Assembly (NCBI GenBank): GCA_035538435.1
Contig: DATLKM010000222.1
Coordinates: 16,319 to 80,318 of the forward strand
Source of the DNA: Candidatus Binatia bacterium
Lineage (GTDB): Bacteria > Acidobacteriota > Terriglobia > Terriglobales > Acidobacteriaceae
Direction of reading: 5' to 3'
Length of the DNA: 64,000 nt
The stretch's first letter is position 1. Each line of letters begins with the position of its first letter. A program made the translations under genes and the position numbers. The notes below the pieces were generated by a model that saw only the letters and a list, made by a program, of their open reading frames with translations, ran no database searches and was not told the origin of the DNA. This document shows positions 48,636 to 58,388 of the stretch, piece after piece.

Positions 48636-49006
48636 GCCGACAGTCTACCGCCGAACGACCGTGAAAATGAAACGGCCCATTCCGCTCGATGTGACGCGCC
48701 GTCGTATGCTGGGGGGCGTCATAGAAAACAATCACGCTTTTTGGGAAAGAACCCAAAACAATCCCGGCCTGTCCGAGAGAGCCGAGACTATGCAACACTC
48801 GTACACCTACCCATAAATGCCCCAATAGTATGTCACCCCGAAGAATTTCATCAATGAATTGATCGGCAGGGGGTGTCCTCACAGCAACTTAGGACACTAC
48901 CTTCGGCAGTAATATACTCCACAAAATAATAGCGAGTTTAGAATCGCCTCACCTGATCAACGGGAAGTACGGGGGTCTGTACTGCTCCCGCAAAGCTTCT
49001 GACGGG

Positions 49007-49195
49007 CTACCGCGTATCATCCCCAGCATCACAGTCATGTGCGTCGAACTCATTTCTTATGGCTATGATCTGATCCTCCATCCGTTTTCCTTCAGGACGG
49101 CACTCGAATCGCTTACCGCACACGCTACAGAAAGCTGTTACAAGTTCGCCCTTGGTGAGATTTGAGAAACTAATGAAAGCATCGGGGTCTGGCAT
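49007..49195 (-). CDS. small Cys/His-motif protein (62 aa)
   Basis: FCSVCGKRFECRPEGKRMEDQIIAIRNEFDAHDC. Putative paralog of 48432-48635. Confidence 0.4.
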   Translation of the reverse strand: MPDPDAFISFSNLTKGELVTAFCSVCGKRFECRPEGKRMEDQIIAIRNEFDAHDCDAGDDTR

Positions 49196-49781
49196 CTCCC
49201 CCCAATTATATCGCGAAGTCCCGTCTCTGCTAATCAGGGCAGTAATTCACTTCTTCGAGCGCTTCGCTTCCGACTTATTCTTCCTCTCGTTCTTCCCGCT
49301 CTTCGAGAGCAGTTGCTGTATTTGCGCCTCGAAACCAAGGGAGTGCGACCGTTGCCGTTGGCCACGCGCCGTTCCATTGCGAAAAGGATTGAAAAATCGC
49401 CCGAGATCGAAGCCGTTCGCCTGGCTGAAGGATCAGTACTCGTTATTCAGGTGAAGGCGGAACGACAGGAACTCGCCCAGGATTTGAAAAGGCTCCGGCG
49501 TGCAGAGGAGATCACCGCTTCCGACCCTGACTTTATGCGCCGATCGCCTGCCTACCGCGATGCGAATCCTTGCCCAATGTAACCCCGCCCTTCGGCGGGA
49601 ACTCTTCCAAGCCACGCTTGACCACGTCGGCGCCGGGATTTGAGCGACACGGTGGTTTAGTGAAATATGCTGAAAAGCAAGTCGTATGTTCAGAGTATGC
49701 CCTTCCAGAATTAAACGAATGAAGCCAGCAACTTTGGCTCCCTGAGCGTTGTGACGACTTGTTCGGATAGGTCCTATGGCG

Positions 49782-50219
49782 TTACTTGTATAAATCTAGA
49801 GGGCCGGGCGTCATCGTCGTTTGCCCGACCTCAAGGAGATACCCATCCGGATCCCGCATGTAGCAGCGCAATTCCGTGGCATGCACTTTAGGCTCGGTGA
49901 TGAATTTCGCGCCGCGTGAAGACCAAAGGTCGTAATAACGCCTGATGTCGGTCACCCGAAGGTTAAGAAAGATGCTCAGAATATTTTCATCGCGTGGGGG
50001 CGAGGCCGTGACTACGGGCTTGTCGTCAGTTGGGCCGCCGCCCCCGTTGATCGTTAGCCAGATGTTGCCCAGCCGGAGAAATGTGGGCTCACCCTCGCGC
50101 AGCACCGTGGCCCCCAGGACTTCGCGATAGAATGCAACGGACCGCTTTATGTCCGCGACGATGAGAGTATTCGTAACCACAAACCTGAGTTCAGTACTCT
50201 GGCCGGGTCGGTTCGACAT
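49782..50219 (-). CDS. VOC (glyoxalase/bleomycin-resistance/dioxygenase) family protein
   Basis: Motifs VADIKRSVAFYREVLGA and RCYMRDPDGYLLEVGQ. Confidence 0.8.
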   Translation of the reverse strand: MSNRPGQSTELRFVVTNTLIVADIKRSVAFYREVLGATVLREGEPTFLRLGNIWLTINGGGGPTDDKPVVTASPPRDENILSIFLNLRVTDIRRYYDLWSSRGAKFITEPKVHATELRCYMRDPDGYLLEVGQTTMTPGPLDLYK

Positions 50220-50282
50220 GGCAGGTTCCTTTCTGAGTCAGATTCTGCGGGGTCTCCCGACTGAAACTTCATCAAGAGATGT

Positions 50283-51386
50283 TCATTTCTCTAAACCGGG
50301 GCAAGCGTCGACGAGTTTGCCACGGATATCTAGGCAGGTCTTGGGCGAGAGGCGCGAGCAGATGTTGTAATCCGTCATGCAGGGCTGCGGGCATTCACCG
50401 CAGCTTCGAGCCCAAGTGTCACCTCCACCCATTATGCCAACCTTGCAGTCGTCGGGGTCTAGTGAACACGCATTGCTCGCCTTCTTGCAACACACCTGTG
50501 AGGTGGTCCGTGCCATGACCTGTATGTCCGAGTGCTCTTTTATGATCGCGTTCGTGAGTTTTTCGAAAGCGCGTCGTACGTCGTCGCTCGACTGGAGACG
50601 CGTTCGCACATCTGGCGATTCATAGCTCGCCATGTAGACGAACCATCGCTCGCCCTTCGCGGCCGGGGGACCGTTCTTGTTGTATGCGACCGTGTACGGA
50701 CCGTAGAGCCCGCTTGGGTTCGGATAGATGTCAAATCGGTATGTCTCGACACTGTTCTTCTTCAGCGTGTCAAGGTAGGTTTCAGCGGCCGCAGCGTCGT
50801 TCGCGCCGGCAGCAGGAAAGACCAGCAAGCCCATTTCGAGCACCTGCGCGCCGGACTGAGCCAGCGTGTGAAGGTCGAAACGGTTGTCGAGCGGCTTGAC
50901 GAAAATTAGTGTCATGTTGATCGTTCGAAGCCACTTATCGGCAACTGGGCTCGTAAAGAGAATATTGGCCATGTCCTGCCACTTCTGCTGACTCTCCCAC
51001 CAAGTCATACCGGTCCAGGTGCCTTCGCCCGAATTATCAGGAAGGCCCCAGATGGAATGCCACTCGCGTTCAACCAGCGGGCCCGGCTGCGCACTCAACA
51101 TTGCAATGAATTCTGAGCGCCATTTGAACATTTCAAGTTTGTCTGAGTAGGTACGACGCAGCGCGATCTCGAGCATGGGGCCCGCGGGATAGCCATCCAC
51201 TCCGTCCTTGACGTCACGCCAGTTCGCAGGCAGCTGGGTCGATCCGCTGGCTGGCGCTGGCGACTGGGCAAGTGCAGCCGACGCCGCAAAAAGAGGGATA
51301 AGAAGGAAAAGTCCAACGGCAGATGCAGCGGCAAATCGCGGGGCATCCCCTATGGAGTGGCCGCTCGATACTGATTTTTCGCGCAT
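50283..51386 (-). CDS. secreted protein with Cys-rich C-terminal tail (unknown function)
   Basis: Signal peptide LFLLIPLFAASAALAQ. Trp-rich body. About 12 Cys in the last approx 80 aa (QVCCKKASNACSLDPDDCK...CGECPQPCMTDYNIC...CLD...ACPG). Confidence 0.65.
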   Translation of the reverse strand: MREKSVSSGHSIGDAPRFAAASAVGLFLLIPLFAASAALAQSPAPASGSTQLPANWRDVKDGVDGYPAGPMLEIALRRTYSDKLEMFKWRSEFIAMLSAQPGPLVEREWHSIWGLPDNSGEGTWTGMTWWESQQKWQDMANILFTSPVADKWLRTINMTLIFVKPLDNRFDLHTLAQSGAQVLEMGLLVFPAAGANDAAAAETYLDTLKKNSVETYRFDIYPNPSGLYGPYTVAYNKNGPPAAKGERWFVYMASYESPDVRTRLQSSDDVRRAFEKLTNAIIKEHSDIQVMARTTSQVCCKKASNACSLDPDDCKVGIMGGGDTWARSCGECPQPCMTDYNICSRLSPKTCLDIRGKLVDACPGLEK

Positions 51387-51484
51387 ACGATTATTCCTTG
51401 GAATGGTTTATTTTCACTTCGCCCTCAACTGCAAGGCCGCGACGACTCCCTCGGAGCAACGCCCCATCGAGCTTAGCTGCGGCA

Positions 51485-51964
51485 CTAGATTTCCACTTCA
51501 CCCCCATTGGGATCGCTCTGGAACTTCCACGTTCCTCCCGACCGAAAACTGGAGGCAGTACAAAACGTGTCTTCCATAAACTGCATGTAGCTAACCTTAC
51601 CGGCCTTCAGCTTGCTTAGAATGGCGAATGGAGACGTCACCGTCTTGTGCAATTTGGTAGACGTGTACGTAAACCGTCCGAAAACCGCAACATTGTCGCC
51701 TTCTCCGAAAATATCCTCGGGAGTAAAAGACTCGACAGTCCAGAACTTCGCGACATCATGAAATGTCTTGCTGATGGCTTCTATCCCGTGCCCAGTACCG
51801 CACCAGGGCATGATTTTATGCAGGTCCGGATTACTGTAGTTGAGGGATACGTAAGTGACATCAGTTGCGCATAATTGCTGTACTGCTTTTGGTTCGTGGA
51901 TCCCCGCGAGAAGGGCTTTTACGATCTCTTTGGATTCTCCGGTCATCTGATTGTCCTTGCGCAT
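51485..51964 (-). CDS. SnoaL-like / NTF2-fold protein
   Basis: Approx 150 aa. EDIFGEGDNVAVFGRFTYTS...GKVSYMQFMEDT is typical of SnoaL-like polyketide-cyclase-fold proteins. Probable start MTGESKE (51946). Confidence 0.75.
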   Translation of the reverse strand: MRKDNQMTGESKEIVKALLAGIHEPKAVQQLCATDVTYVSLNYSNPDLHKIMPWCGTGHGIEAISKTFHDVAKFWTVESFTPEDIFGEGDNVAVFGRFTYTSTKLHKTVTSPFAILSKLKAGKVSYMQFMEDTFCTASSFRSGGTWKFQSDPNGGEVEI

Positions 51965-52006
51965 CGAAATGAATCCATCCGCGATTCGCGATTTACTCTG
52001 AGCTGT

Positions 52007-52750
52007 TCAGGCGGCAACCGCGAGCTGCTTCAGAACCGCATCGGCCGTTACACCGGCCGAATAATTCTGCTGACCGGTGATGAGGTTGCCGTCGACAACG
52101 GTATGCGGTGTCCATGGCGCCTTTGAGATATAGCGAGCCCCCGAGATGCGCAGGCGGTCTTCGAGGAGCCACGGCGCGTTACCAGCAAACCCCGCTTGCG
52201 TCTCTTCTTCATTACTGAAGCCGGTGAGCTGGCGATTCTTAAACGCCCAGGTACCGTCTGCGCGGGATGCGGTTAAGAGCCCAGCGGGGCCATGGCACAC
52301 TGCTGCAACAACCTTCTTTGGGTTGTCGAGGATTGCGACCAGCACTGGCCCGATCGTCGCGTGCACAGCCATGTCCTGCATCGGGCCATGGCCCCCCACG
52401 AGAAAGATGACGTCGCACCGATCCGGATCGATGTCTTCGACACGCATCGGAGACGTGAGCGCAGAGCCCAGGCCTTTCATGTACTCCTGCTGCTCTTTAA
52501 CTTTGTTGGCGTCATTGTTGTTGTAAGCCAAATTGAAGCTCAACGGGTCAACTGCAGGTGTTACGCCAGCTGGACTTGCGACCGTGACCTTGAGCCCGGC
52601 TTCTGTGAATTTGCGATGAGGCGTCACAAATTCTTCTGACCAGAAGCCGGTCGGATGCCGTGTAGCATTCTTCATAGTCCAAACTTTCACGCCCGAAACA
52701 ACCAGTACGACAGAGGCCATCGACATTTCTCCTTCGCTGAAAAACAACAC
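52007..52750 (-). CDS. DJ-1/PfpI (class I glutamine amidotransferase-like) family protein
   Basis: Nucleophile elbow VAAVCHGPAGLL. Also DVIFLVGGHGPM. Confidence 0.8.
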   Translation of the reverse strand: MLFFSEGEMSMASVVLVVSGVKVWTMKNATRHPTGFWSEEFVTPHRKFTEAGLKVTVASPAGVTPAVDPLSFNLAYNNNDANKVKEQQEYMKGLGSALTSPMRVEDIDPDRCDVIFLVGGHGPMQDMAVHATIGPVLVAILDNPKKVVAAVCHGPAGLLTASRADGTWAFKNRQLTGFSNEEETQAGFAGNAPWLLEDRLRISGARYISKAPWTPHTVVDGNLITGQQNYSAGVTADAVLKQLAVAA

Positions 52751-52777
52751 ATCCGTCTGTGGAGGACAATATTGCCG

Positions 52778-54034
52778 TTAAGCGCCATGGAAGCTGACTC
52801 CGCGAATATGCAGACTCCGGACGCTTCCTAAAATCTCCGTCGGCAAAGTCTCATGACCATGGGTTTCGATATTGCCATCGACAGAGATCAAATCGGCAGA
52901 ACCGCCCGGCTTAATGCTTAAGGCCGTCGCTGACAGGTTTTGAACTATGCCCTTCACCAGCGATGGACCTGCGCCTCCGAATGTCTCGATACCACGCCGT
53001 ACAAGCAGTATTCCGAGTGGTTGGCTGATTTGAACGCCCACTGCTCCGTCCCCGTGGGTTACGATTCGGTCAAATTCAGCGTTGCCGATTGTGCCAGCAT
53101 AGATATTGAAACCCCGGGCTCCCTGTCCGAACGTCTCGATCGGTTCCAGCAGGCAGAGATCGCGAATACTTCCAAAGTTGACAAATCCAATCCCACTCGC
53201 ACCGTAGGTAACGACCTTGGCCTTCGCAACCCATCGATCAACGCTACCCCAGTTGTCCAAAGCCATATCGTTGGCGCCATGGGTCGTGGTGGTTCCCATA
53301 TTTCTGACACTATCGACATGGGCTCCGGTGACCACAAAAACGCCGCCCGCAATCTGGTCGGCCGTTCCCGGCGTGATTCGTCCGTCAATGTACACGGCAT
53401 TTGTTTCCAATCTCTCTACGTTCAATCGCCCCCCCCTCGCGCCGGCTCCGGCAACAAATATGCCGCTACCAAGCACAGGAGCCCCGAACCGCCCCGCCGA
53501 CAAATTGACGAGGTCGGCAGAAATCGCCACCTGCTCATCAGGCTGGAGATTCCAGAGAGTAAAAGCCCCCTGAAGAACAGATACGCCGTAGTCGCGTGGG
53601 CGCTCACGCTCAGCTCGTGTGTCGGCGGAGAGAATATCCAGACCATCGACTTCGACCCGTCCGCTCCGGACTTTATCGCTCACTATGATCTGAACGGACC
53701 CAATCGTCCGAACGGATTGAATCGCCAGCGTCCCCAAACCCTTTACGGTACGATCGTTCCAAATCGCGCGATTTGTCGGCGTAACACGTACGTCGAGACC
53801 GAAGACAGAATTGTCAGTTGTCACCTGAAGACCATCTGCCCCAGAACGAAAGCTCAGGACAGCATGCCTGTCAGAAGCTGAACGCAGTGTCTGCCCCGGC
53901 ATGAGCCTTAGCGGAGGCAAGTCGTCGAGATCAGCCGAAACACTGATCTCGGACACCTTTTTATTTTGAGTTGCAGCAATCAGTTCTTCGGCAGTGAAAA
54001 CAGCCACCTTGCCGGTATACGAGCGTTGTGCCAT
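52778..54034 (-). CDS. cytoplasmic repeat protein, probable beta-solenoid (unknown function)
   Basis: 418 aa with no signal peptide. Recurring units such as VVTYGASGIGFV, IETFGQGARGFNIY, VTHGDGAVGVQI, IETFGGAGPS and IETHGHE. First gene of the operon divergent from LysR. Confidence 0.6.
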   Translation of the reverse strand: MAQRSYTGKVAVFTAEELIAATQNKKVSEISVSADLDDLPPLRLMPGQTLRSASDRHAVLSFRSGADGLQVTTDNSVFGLDVRVTPTNRAIWNDRTVKGLGTLAIQSVRTIGSVQIIVSDKVRSGRVEVDGLDILSADTRAERERPRDYGVSVLQGAFTLWNLQPDEQVAISADLVNLSAGRFGAPVLGSGIFVAGAGARGGRLNVERLETNAVYIDGRITPGTADQIAGGVFVVTGAHVDSVRNMGTTTTHGANDMALDNWGSVDRWVAKAKVVTYGASGIGFVNFGSIRDLCLLEPIETFGQGARGFNIYAGTIGNAEFDRIVTHGDGAVGVQISQPLGILLVRRGIETFGGAGPSLVKGIVQNLSATALSIKPGGSADLISVDGNIETHGHETLPTEILGSVRSLHIRGVSFHGA

Positions 54035-54339
54035 TAGAATTCCGTGCGCGACATCGGCATATAGCAGTCACCGCCTATGCCGTGCTGGATCGCGGAGGTC
54101 ATGTTTATTAGCCCTGAACCTGAGGAACGATTCGCTGTTAAACATCGTCACTATACTTCTGGTCGTTCTCGTCAACCAGAGTTGAAATCGGAAAACTCTT
54201 TCCCGCCTTTGGCATAATGCTTTTCTTTGCCACAGTGTTATTTTCGGTAAGCTCATATCGCTGACCGGGGAGTAGGGATCACGAGCGAGCGCGAAGAGCG
54301 CTCATTGACTCGGGCAGGACCAGGAAGCGAAAAGGGGCT

Positions 54340-55254
54340 ATGCCAGACCTAAATGCATTAATGATTTTCGCTCAGGTGGCGGCGTCGAGCAGTTTTTCAA
54401 AGGCGGCGCGCTTGTTGAAGATGCCAACATCGACAGTCAGTCGGCGGATTGCCGATTTGGAACACGAACTCGGTGTACGCCTCCTGGAACGGTCAACGCG
54501 AAGTTTACGTCTGACGGACCTTGGTTCCGAGGTTTTGGAGCATGCGCGCCGCAGCTCCGAGATCAATGATGCGATCGCAAATATCGCGTCGAACCATTTG
54601 TCTCATGTCTCCGGCGCGCTGCGGATCTCCGCTCCTCCAAGCATCTCAGATTCTCTATTGGCACCCGTGGTTGTGGCTTTCCAGGCAGTTTATCCAGACG
54701 TCCGGATTCAAGTTTTCATCACCGAACGCATCGTGGACCAGATCGCCGAAGGAATTGATCTCGCGTTTCGGGTCGATGAAAAGCTGCATGACTCTTCGCT
54801 TGTTGCCATAAGGCTGTTGACCTATCGGCATTTGCTCGTGGCGAGCCCCGAGTACTTGAAAACCCACAAACGTCCCAAAAAGCCCCAGGAACTGCTCAGC
54901 CATCGTCTCTTAGCATTCTCGTTTTGGAAACCTGAGAATAGCTGGAAATTCAGTCATGTAAATCGAAAGGACAAGTCGTCGATTACCTTTAAGCCGTTTT
55001 TATCGATCAATGAGTATTCTGGCTTGGCCACCGCACTCCTCGCTGGGACGGGAATTGGAGACTTTCCACCCATCGTGCAGCCCAACCTGCTGCGTTCGCG
55101 GCGGCTCGTGGAAGTTATGCCAAAGTGGCATTTTCCCATCTTCCATCTTTCGCTGGTGCACTTAGGGAACCGTTACACCCCGCGCCCCGTTCGTGTTTTC
55201 AAGGAATTTGCCGCCGAGAAAGTCCGCTCGATGTTTCCCCATCTTCCTGCGTAG
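54340..55254 (+). CDS. LysR-family transcriptional regulator
   Basis: N-terminal HTH LNALMIFAQVAASSSFSKAARLLKMPTSTVSRRIADLEHELGVRLLERSTR. 304 aa. Confidence 0.9.
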   Translation: MPDLNALMIFAQVAASSSFSKAARLLKMPTSTVSRRIADLEHELGVRLLERSTRSLRLTDLGSEVLEHARRSSEINDAIANIASNHLSHVSGALRISAPPSISDSLLAPVVVAFQAVYPDVRIQVFITERIVDQIAEGIDLAFRVDEKLHDSSLVAIRLLTYRHLLVASPEYLKTHKRPKKPQELLSHRLLAFSFWKPENSWKFSHVNRKDKSSITFKPFLSINEYSGLATALLAGTGIGDFPPIVQPNLLRSRRLVEVMPKWHFPIFHLSLVHLGNRYTPRPVRVFKEFAAEKVRSMFPHLPA

Positions 55255-56023
55255 CGTTACCCATCCGGAAATGGAGCGGGTTGAAGTCTGTATGAATGTC
55301 GAAGTAATCCACGTTTTCTGTCCGCTTTAACGCTTTGACTAGAGGAACAGTCAGTGGAAGCGCACCGATTTCCCATACAACCATAATTGCCCAGCCGGTA
55401 AACGAGACTTGAAATATCTCGCGCAACGGGAGTGTGCCCGTAAAACCCAGTGCGACGAATGTCCAACTGTCGATCAATTGCCCGAGGGCCGTCGAAACCA
55501 CAAACCGCAAGGACATCCACTTGCCGACAGTTCGCACCTTGTATTTGGCCAGCACGTAGGAATTCGAGAATTCACCCACGAAGTATGCAATCAGGGACGC
55601 TGCAGCTACCCGGGGAACAGTCCCAAGAATTGCCATATAAGCGGCCTGATTGCGCCACGCGGGGTCAGCCGGCAGCGCGCCGCAAACTGCGACCATCGCG
55701 ACGAGAAGAATCAACGACGTGAGGCCCGTCCAAATCACTTTACGGGATTCCGCGTAGCCATATACTTCCGTGAGTACATCTCCAAATAGAGCGACCAGGG
55801 GAAACAGGATCAAGCCGCCGGTGAACGGAAGGCCGCCAACACGGATGATTTTGCAATTCAGGATGTTCGATATGAGAAGAGTGGCTGTGAAGAAGCCGGT
55901 CAGGACCGGCAGATATGTGAAAGGGGGCTGTCTCGGGTACTCACTGGGCATACACTTGTCGACCTTCTCGTCTGAATGTAAATGTGGAGCGGGTTGAATT
56001 GGAGCCGTTACCTTCGTGGCCAT
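55199..56023 (-). CDS. queuosine-precursor transporter family (YhhQ/DUF165) membrane protein
   Basis: LILFPLVALFGDVLTEVYGYAESRKVIWTG and FVVSTALGQLIDS. Start uncertain (Met at 56023 or 55951; the track ORF begins at 56098). Confidence 0.75.
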   Translation of the reverse strand: MATKVTAPIQPAPHLHSDEKVDKCMPSEYPRQPPFTYLPVLTGFFTATLLISNILNCKIIRVGGLPFTGGLILFPLVALFGDVLTEVYGYAESRKVIWTGLTSLILLVAMVAVCGALPADPAWRNQAAYMAILGTVPRVAAASLIAYFVGEFSNSYVLAKYKVRTVGKWMSLRFVVSTALGQLIDSWTFVALGFTGTLPLREIFQVSFTGWAIMVVWEIGALPLTVPLVKALKRTENVDYFDIHTDFNPLHFRMGNATQEDGETSSGLSRRQIP

Positions 56024-56200
56024 CAAGTCGCAATCGCAAGAAGTGTCCCGCTGCTTCCTCCTTGGCGCGCAACAGAGGCACACAACTGGCGCACTCATAC
56101 GACTTTAGCCTACGGGATATTCAGGTTGATTGGATAGGCTGAACGGCCGTGAGTCACAATGAATGGAGGAAGTCCCACATCATGTCGGCACGAGCCGATT

Positions 56201-56386
56201 TCATTCGTTGTTCCGCAACAGCTGACAGGAAAATGTTCTGAGACACGCACTTGTCCAAGCCGCAGACACATGGATGAAATCAATCCTTCCATTTCGATGA
56301 AGGGCATCGATTACGGGGTTGAGCGCACCTCCAAAGATTCCGTAACAGCGTTTCACCCCTGCGCTCGCGAGCAATTCCCACAGGAG
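56201..56386 (-). pseudogene. N-terminal fragment of a thiamine-diphosphate enzyme (PoxB/acetolactate-synthase-like)
   Basis: A frame with no start codon reads LLWELLASAGVKRCYGIFGGALNPVIDALHRNGRIDFIHV, then decays. Compare the TPP_enzyme_N pattern L...GV..IFG.PG....L.DAL......I..I.VRHE. Confidence 0.45.
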
Positions 56387-56490
56387 TCAGCTAGGTTCTG
56401 CGCCTTATTATCGCTCTCCTCGTTGTTCCAATCGCTGGATGTGTTTGGACACGAAAGTGAAGCTTCCTTGCTAAGATTTCAGAGATCCAG

Positions 56491-56691
56491 TCACGGCGAG
56501 ACGGCTCCAATTTGCTTGAGGAATGTGAGATTGTCCTCCAGGTGCCAGTTGTCGGTAATCTGTCCGCGCTGGTCTATGCGGAGAATATCGGTTGCCACAA
56601 AAACTTCCCCGAGCGCTCCGGCGTAGACTAGGGTATCCGATTCGGCAAATATGCAGCCAAGCGGAATTGGATCATCGAACGCTCCGGGCAT
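56491..56691 (-). pseudogene. C-terminal half of a SnoaL-like ester cyclase (truncated)
   Basis: ...ATDILRIDQRGQITDNWHLEDNLTFLKQIG is a typical C-terminus. Only 66 codons, and just 62 bp to the neighbouring gene, so the N-terminal half is missing. Confidence 0.4.
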
Positions 56692-56753
56692 TTGTGCCAG
56701 TGCGCCAGACTTTCAGCCGTCACTTGCGTACAGGTCGTCCTACGGAAAGGATC

Positions 56754-58136
56754 TTAAGGTGCGGGCGGGGGAACATTAGCGGAGGATTGGTCTAGAATCT
56801 CGAGTTGAGCCAGTTCTTCACGCAGGCGCGCCGCCTGCTCGCGACGGTTTGCGGCATCGAGACGGGGGTTTACGCTAAGCGCTGTTCCAACCCCATCCAT
56901 AACCTTAGTGATGCTTTTAGTAATGCCATTCTTTTTGCCTTTACTGTTCTTGCCCATGTTGGCGAGATCTTCGGCGCTGATGTCGTCCTGCAGAGCGTCG
57001 GTCTCCAGTCCGATAATTTGAGCGCGGAGGTTCCGCATTTGCGCGCGGCGCTGGATTATCTCGATAGCCGGGTCGCTCACAGTAGCGTTGCCCGAGTCAC
57101 ACAGCTTACTACCGCTCCGGTACAGGTCGACGCAGAGATCTCGAAGATTGTCGTCACCGCTGGTGTTGCCTTGATCGGCAGAAAGGCGGTACAGCGTAAC
57201 GGCGATAGCATTGTCGGCTGGCACGCCTTGCCCATACTGATACATCCAACCGAGCTGATTCTCCGCGGTGGGGCTTCCTGACGCCGCGGATTTAAAAAGC
57301 CAGGACCAGGCCTTGTCATAATCGATCGTCACACCAATGCCATTCTGAAAGTTATAGCCGATGTTTTCCATGGCCTCAGAGTTGCCATGTTCTGCAGCTT
57401 TGTAATACCAGGAGAAAGCCTGCCCGTAACTTTGAGGTTGACCCCATCCTTTCTCCGCCATGAAGCCGAGATTGGTTTCGGCGTTAGAGCTGCCGTGGCT
57501 GGCGGCGCGGCGGTACCAGTCCAGAGCCTGAGCATAGTCGCGCTTGACCCCCCATCCGCATCGATAAAAATAGCCCACTTCGTTCTCAGCATCCGCGAGA
57601 TTCTGGTCCGCTGCCTTGCTGTACCACTTAAATGCTTGCTTATAGTCACGCCGGACCTGGAGCCCACTCTGGTACATGGCCCCCAGATGGTACTCCGCCA
57701 GCGCATTGCCCTTATTCGCGGCCAAACGGTAGTAATACAGGGCCCGCTTGTAATCTCGCGGCAAACCAATTTTGTTTTCCTGCATGTAGCCCAGTTGATT
57801 CAGCGCGGGAGCATAACCTTGGGCGGCGGACTTGCGATACCAGATCACCGCCTGACCGTAGTCCTGGGCAACTCCCCGGCCATCGATGTAGTCGTTCCCG
57901 AGAGCGAATTGCGCCTGCGCGTCGCCCGCGGCGGCAGGCCCGTGAAGGGCGTTGAAATCGTTGTCCCCCGATGGTACTTGCGCCTGAGTCGACACGTGCA
58001 CCGGGGCTTGCACCTGCCCCTGCGTCACGGAAAGCACAGCGAATACGAATGCCGCTGCGGTGACCTGGATCGGAATGGACATGAATTGACTCGATCCACT
58101 TGCCATCTTCCAGCAGTCTAGCTGACACGGGATCAA
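56754..58136 (-). CDS. Sel1-like (SLR/TPR) repeat protein, secreted, with coiled-coil C-terminus
   Basis: About nine repeats of the form AxxWYRKAAxQGxxxAxxxLGxMYxxGxGVxxDYxxA. Signal-like MSIPIQVTAAAFVFAVLSV. The likely start is internal. Confidence 0.85.
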   Translation of the reverse strand: MIPCQLDCWKMASGSSQFMSIPIQVTAAAFVFAVLSVTQGQVQAPVHVSTQAQVPSGDNDFNALHGPAAAGDAQAQFALGNDYIDGRGVAQDYGQAVIWYRKSAAQGYAPALNQLGYMQENKIGLPRDYKRALYYYRLAANKGNALAEYHLGAMYQSGLQVRRDYKQAFKWYSKAADQNLADAENEVGYFYRCGWGVKRDYAQALDWYRRAASHGSSNAETNLGFMAEKGWGQPQSYGQAFSWYYKAAEHGNSEAMENIGYNFQNGIGVTIDYDKAWSWLFKSAASGSPTAENQLGWMYQYGQGVPADNAIAVTLYRLSADQGNTSGDDNLRDLCVDLYRSGSKLCDSGNATVSDPAIEIIQRRAQMRNLRAQIIGLETDALQDDISAEDLANMGKNSKGKKNGITKSITKVMDGVGTALSVNPRLDAANRREQAARLREELAQLEILDQSSANVPPPAP

Positions 58137-58388
58137 ATGAGGACAAGGTGATGGTTACCAAAGGGTGAAATGTGGTAACGCGGCAGGTCGTCCGGCTTCA
58201 TTGCGACTGAAACCGGAAACACTTGGCATCAACGATTTATCGGGTTGGCATTTCTAGTTCCCGGGTTCTTGTCGCCTGACCTGCCGTCTCGTTCGCGCAC
58301 TCAGCGGCCTATGGAGACATCATTCCGCCTGTCCTCGCCTTGCTTGCTCCCATATTGCTGCCCAGTACGTCCGGCGTTGTGAGTCCGG

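Noticed and set aside
49313-49582. 89-aa plus-strand ORF (…SIAKRIEKSPEIEAVRLAEGSVLVIQVKAERQELAQDLKRL…).
   Set aside because: The middle part looks protein-like, but the start codon is unclear (TTG/GTG options) and there is no recognisable family. Left unannotated.
55199-55254. 56-bp convergent overlap of the LysR and YhhQ-like coding regions.
   Set aside because: It is probably just a non-conserved C-terminal tail of the transporter ORF running to the next stop. It is not evidence of regulation.
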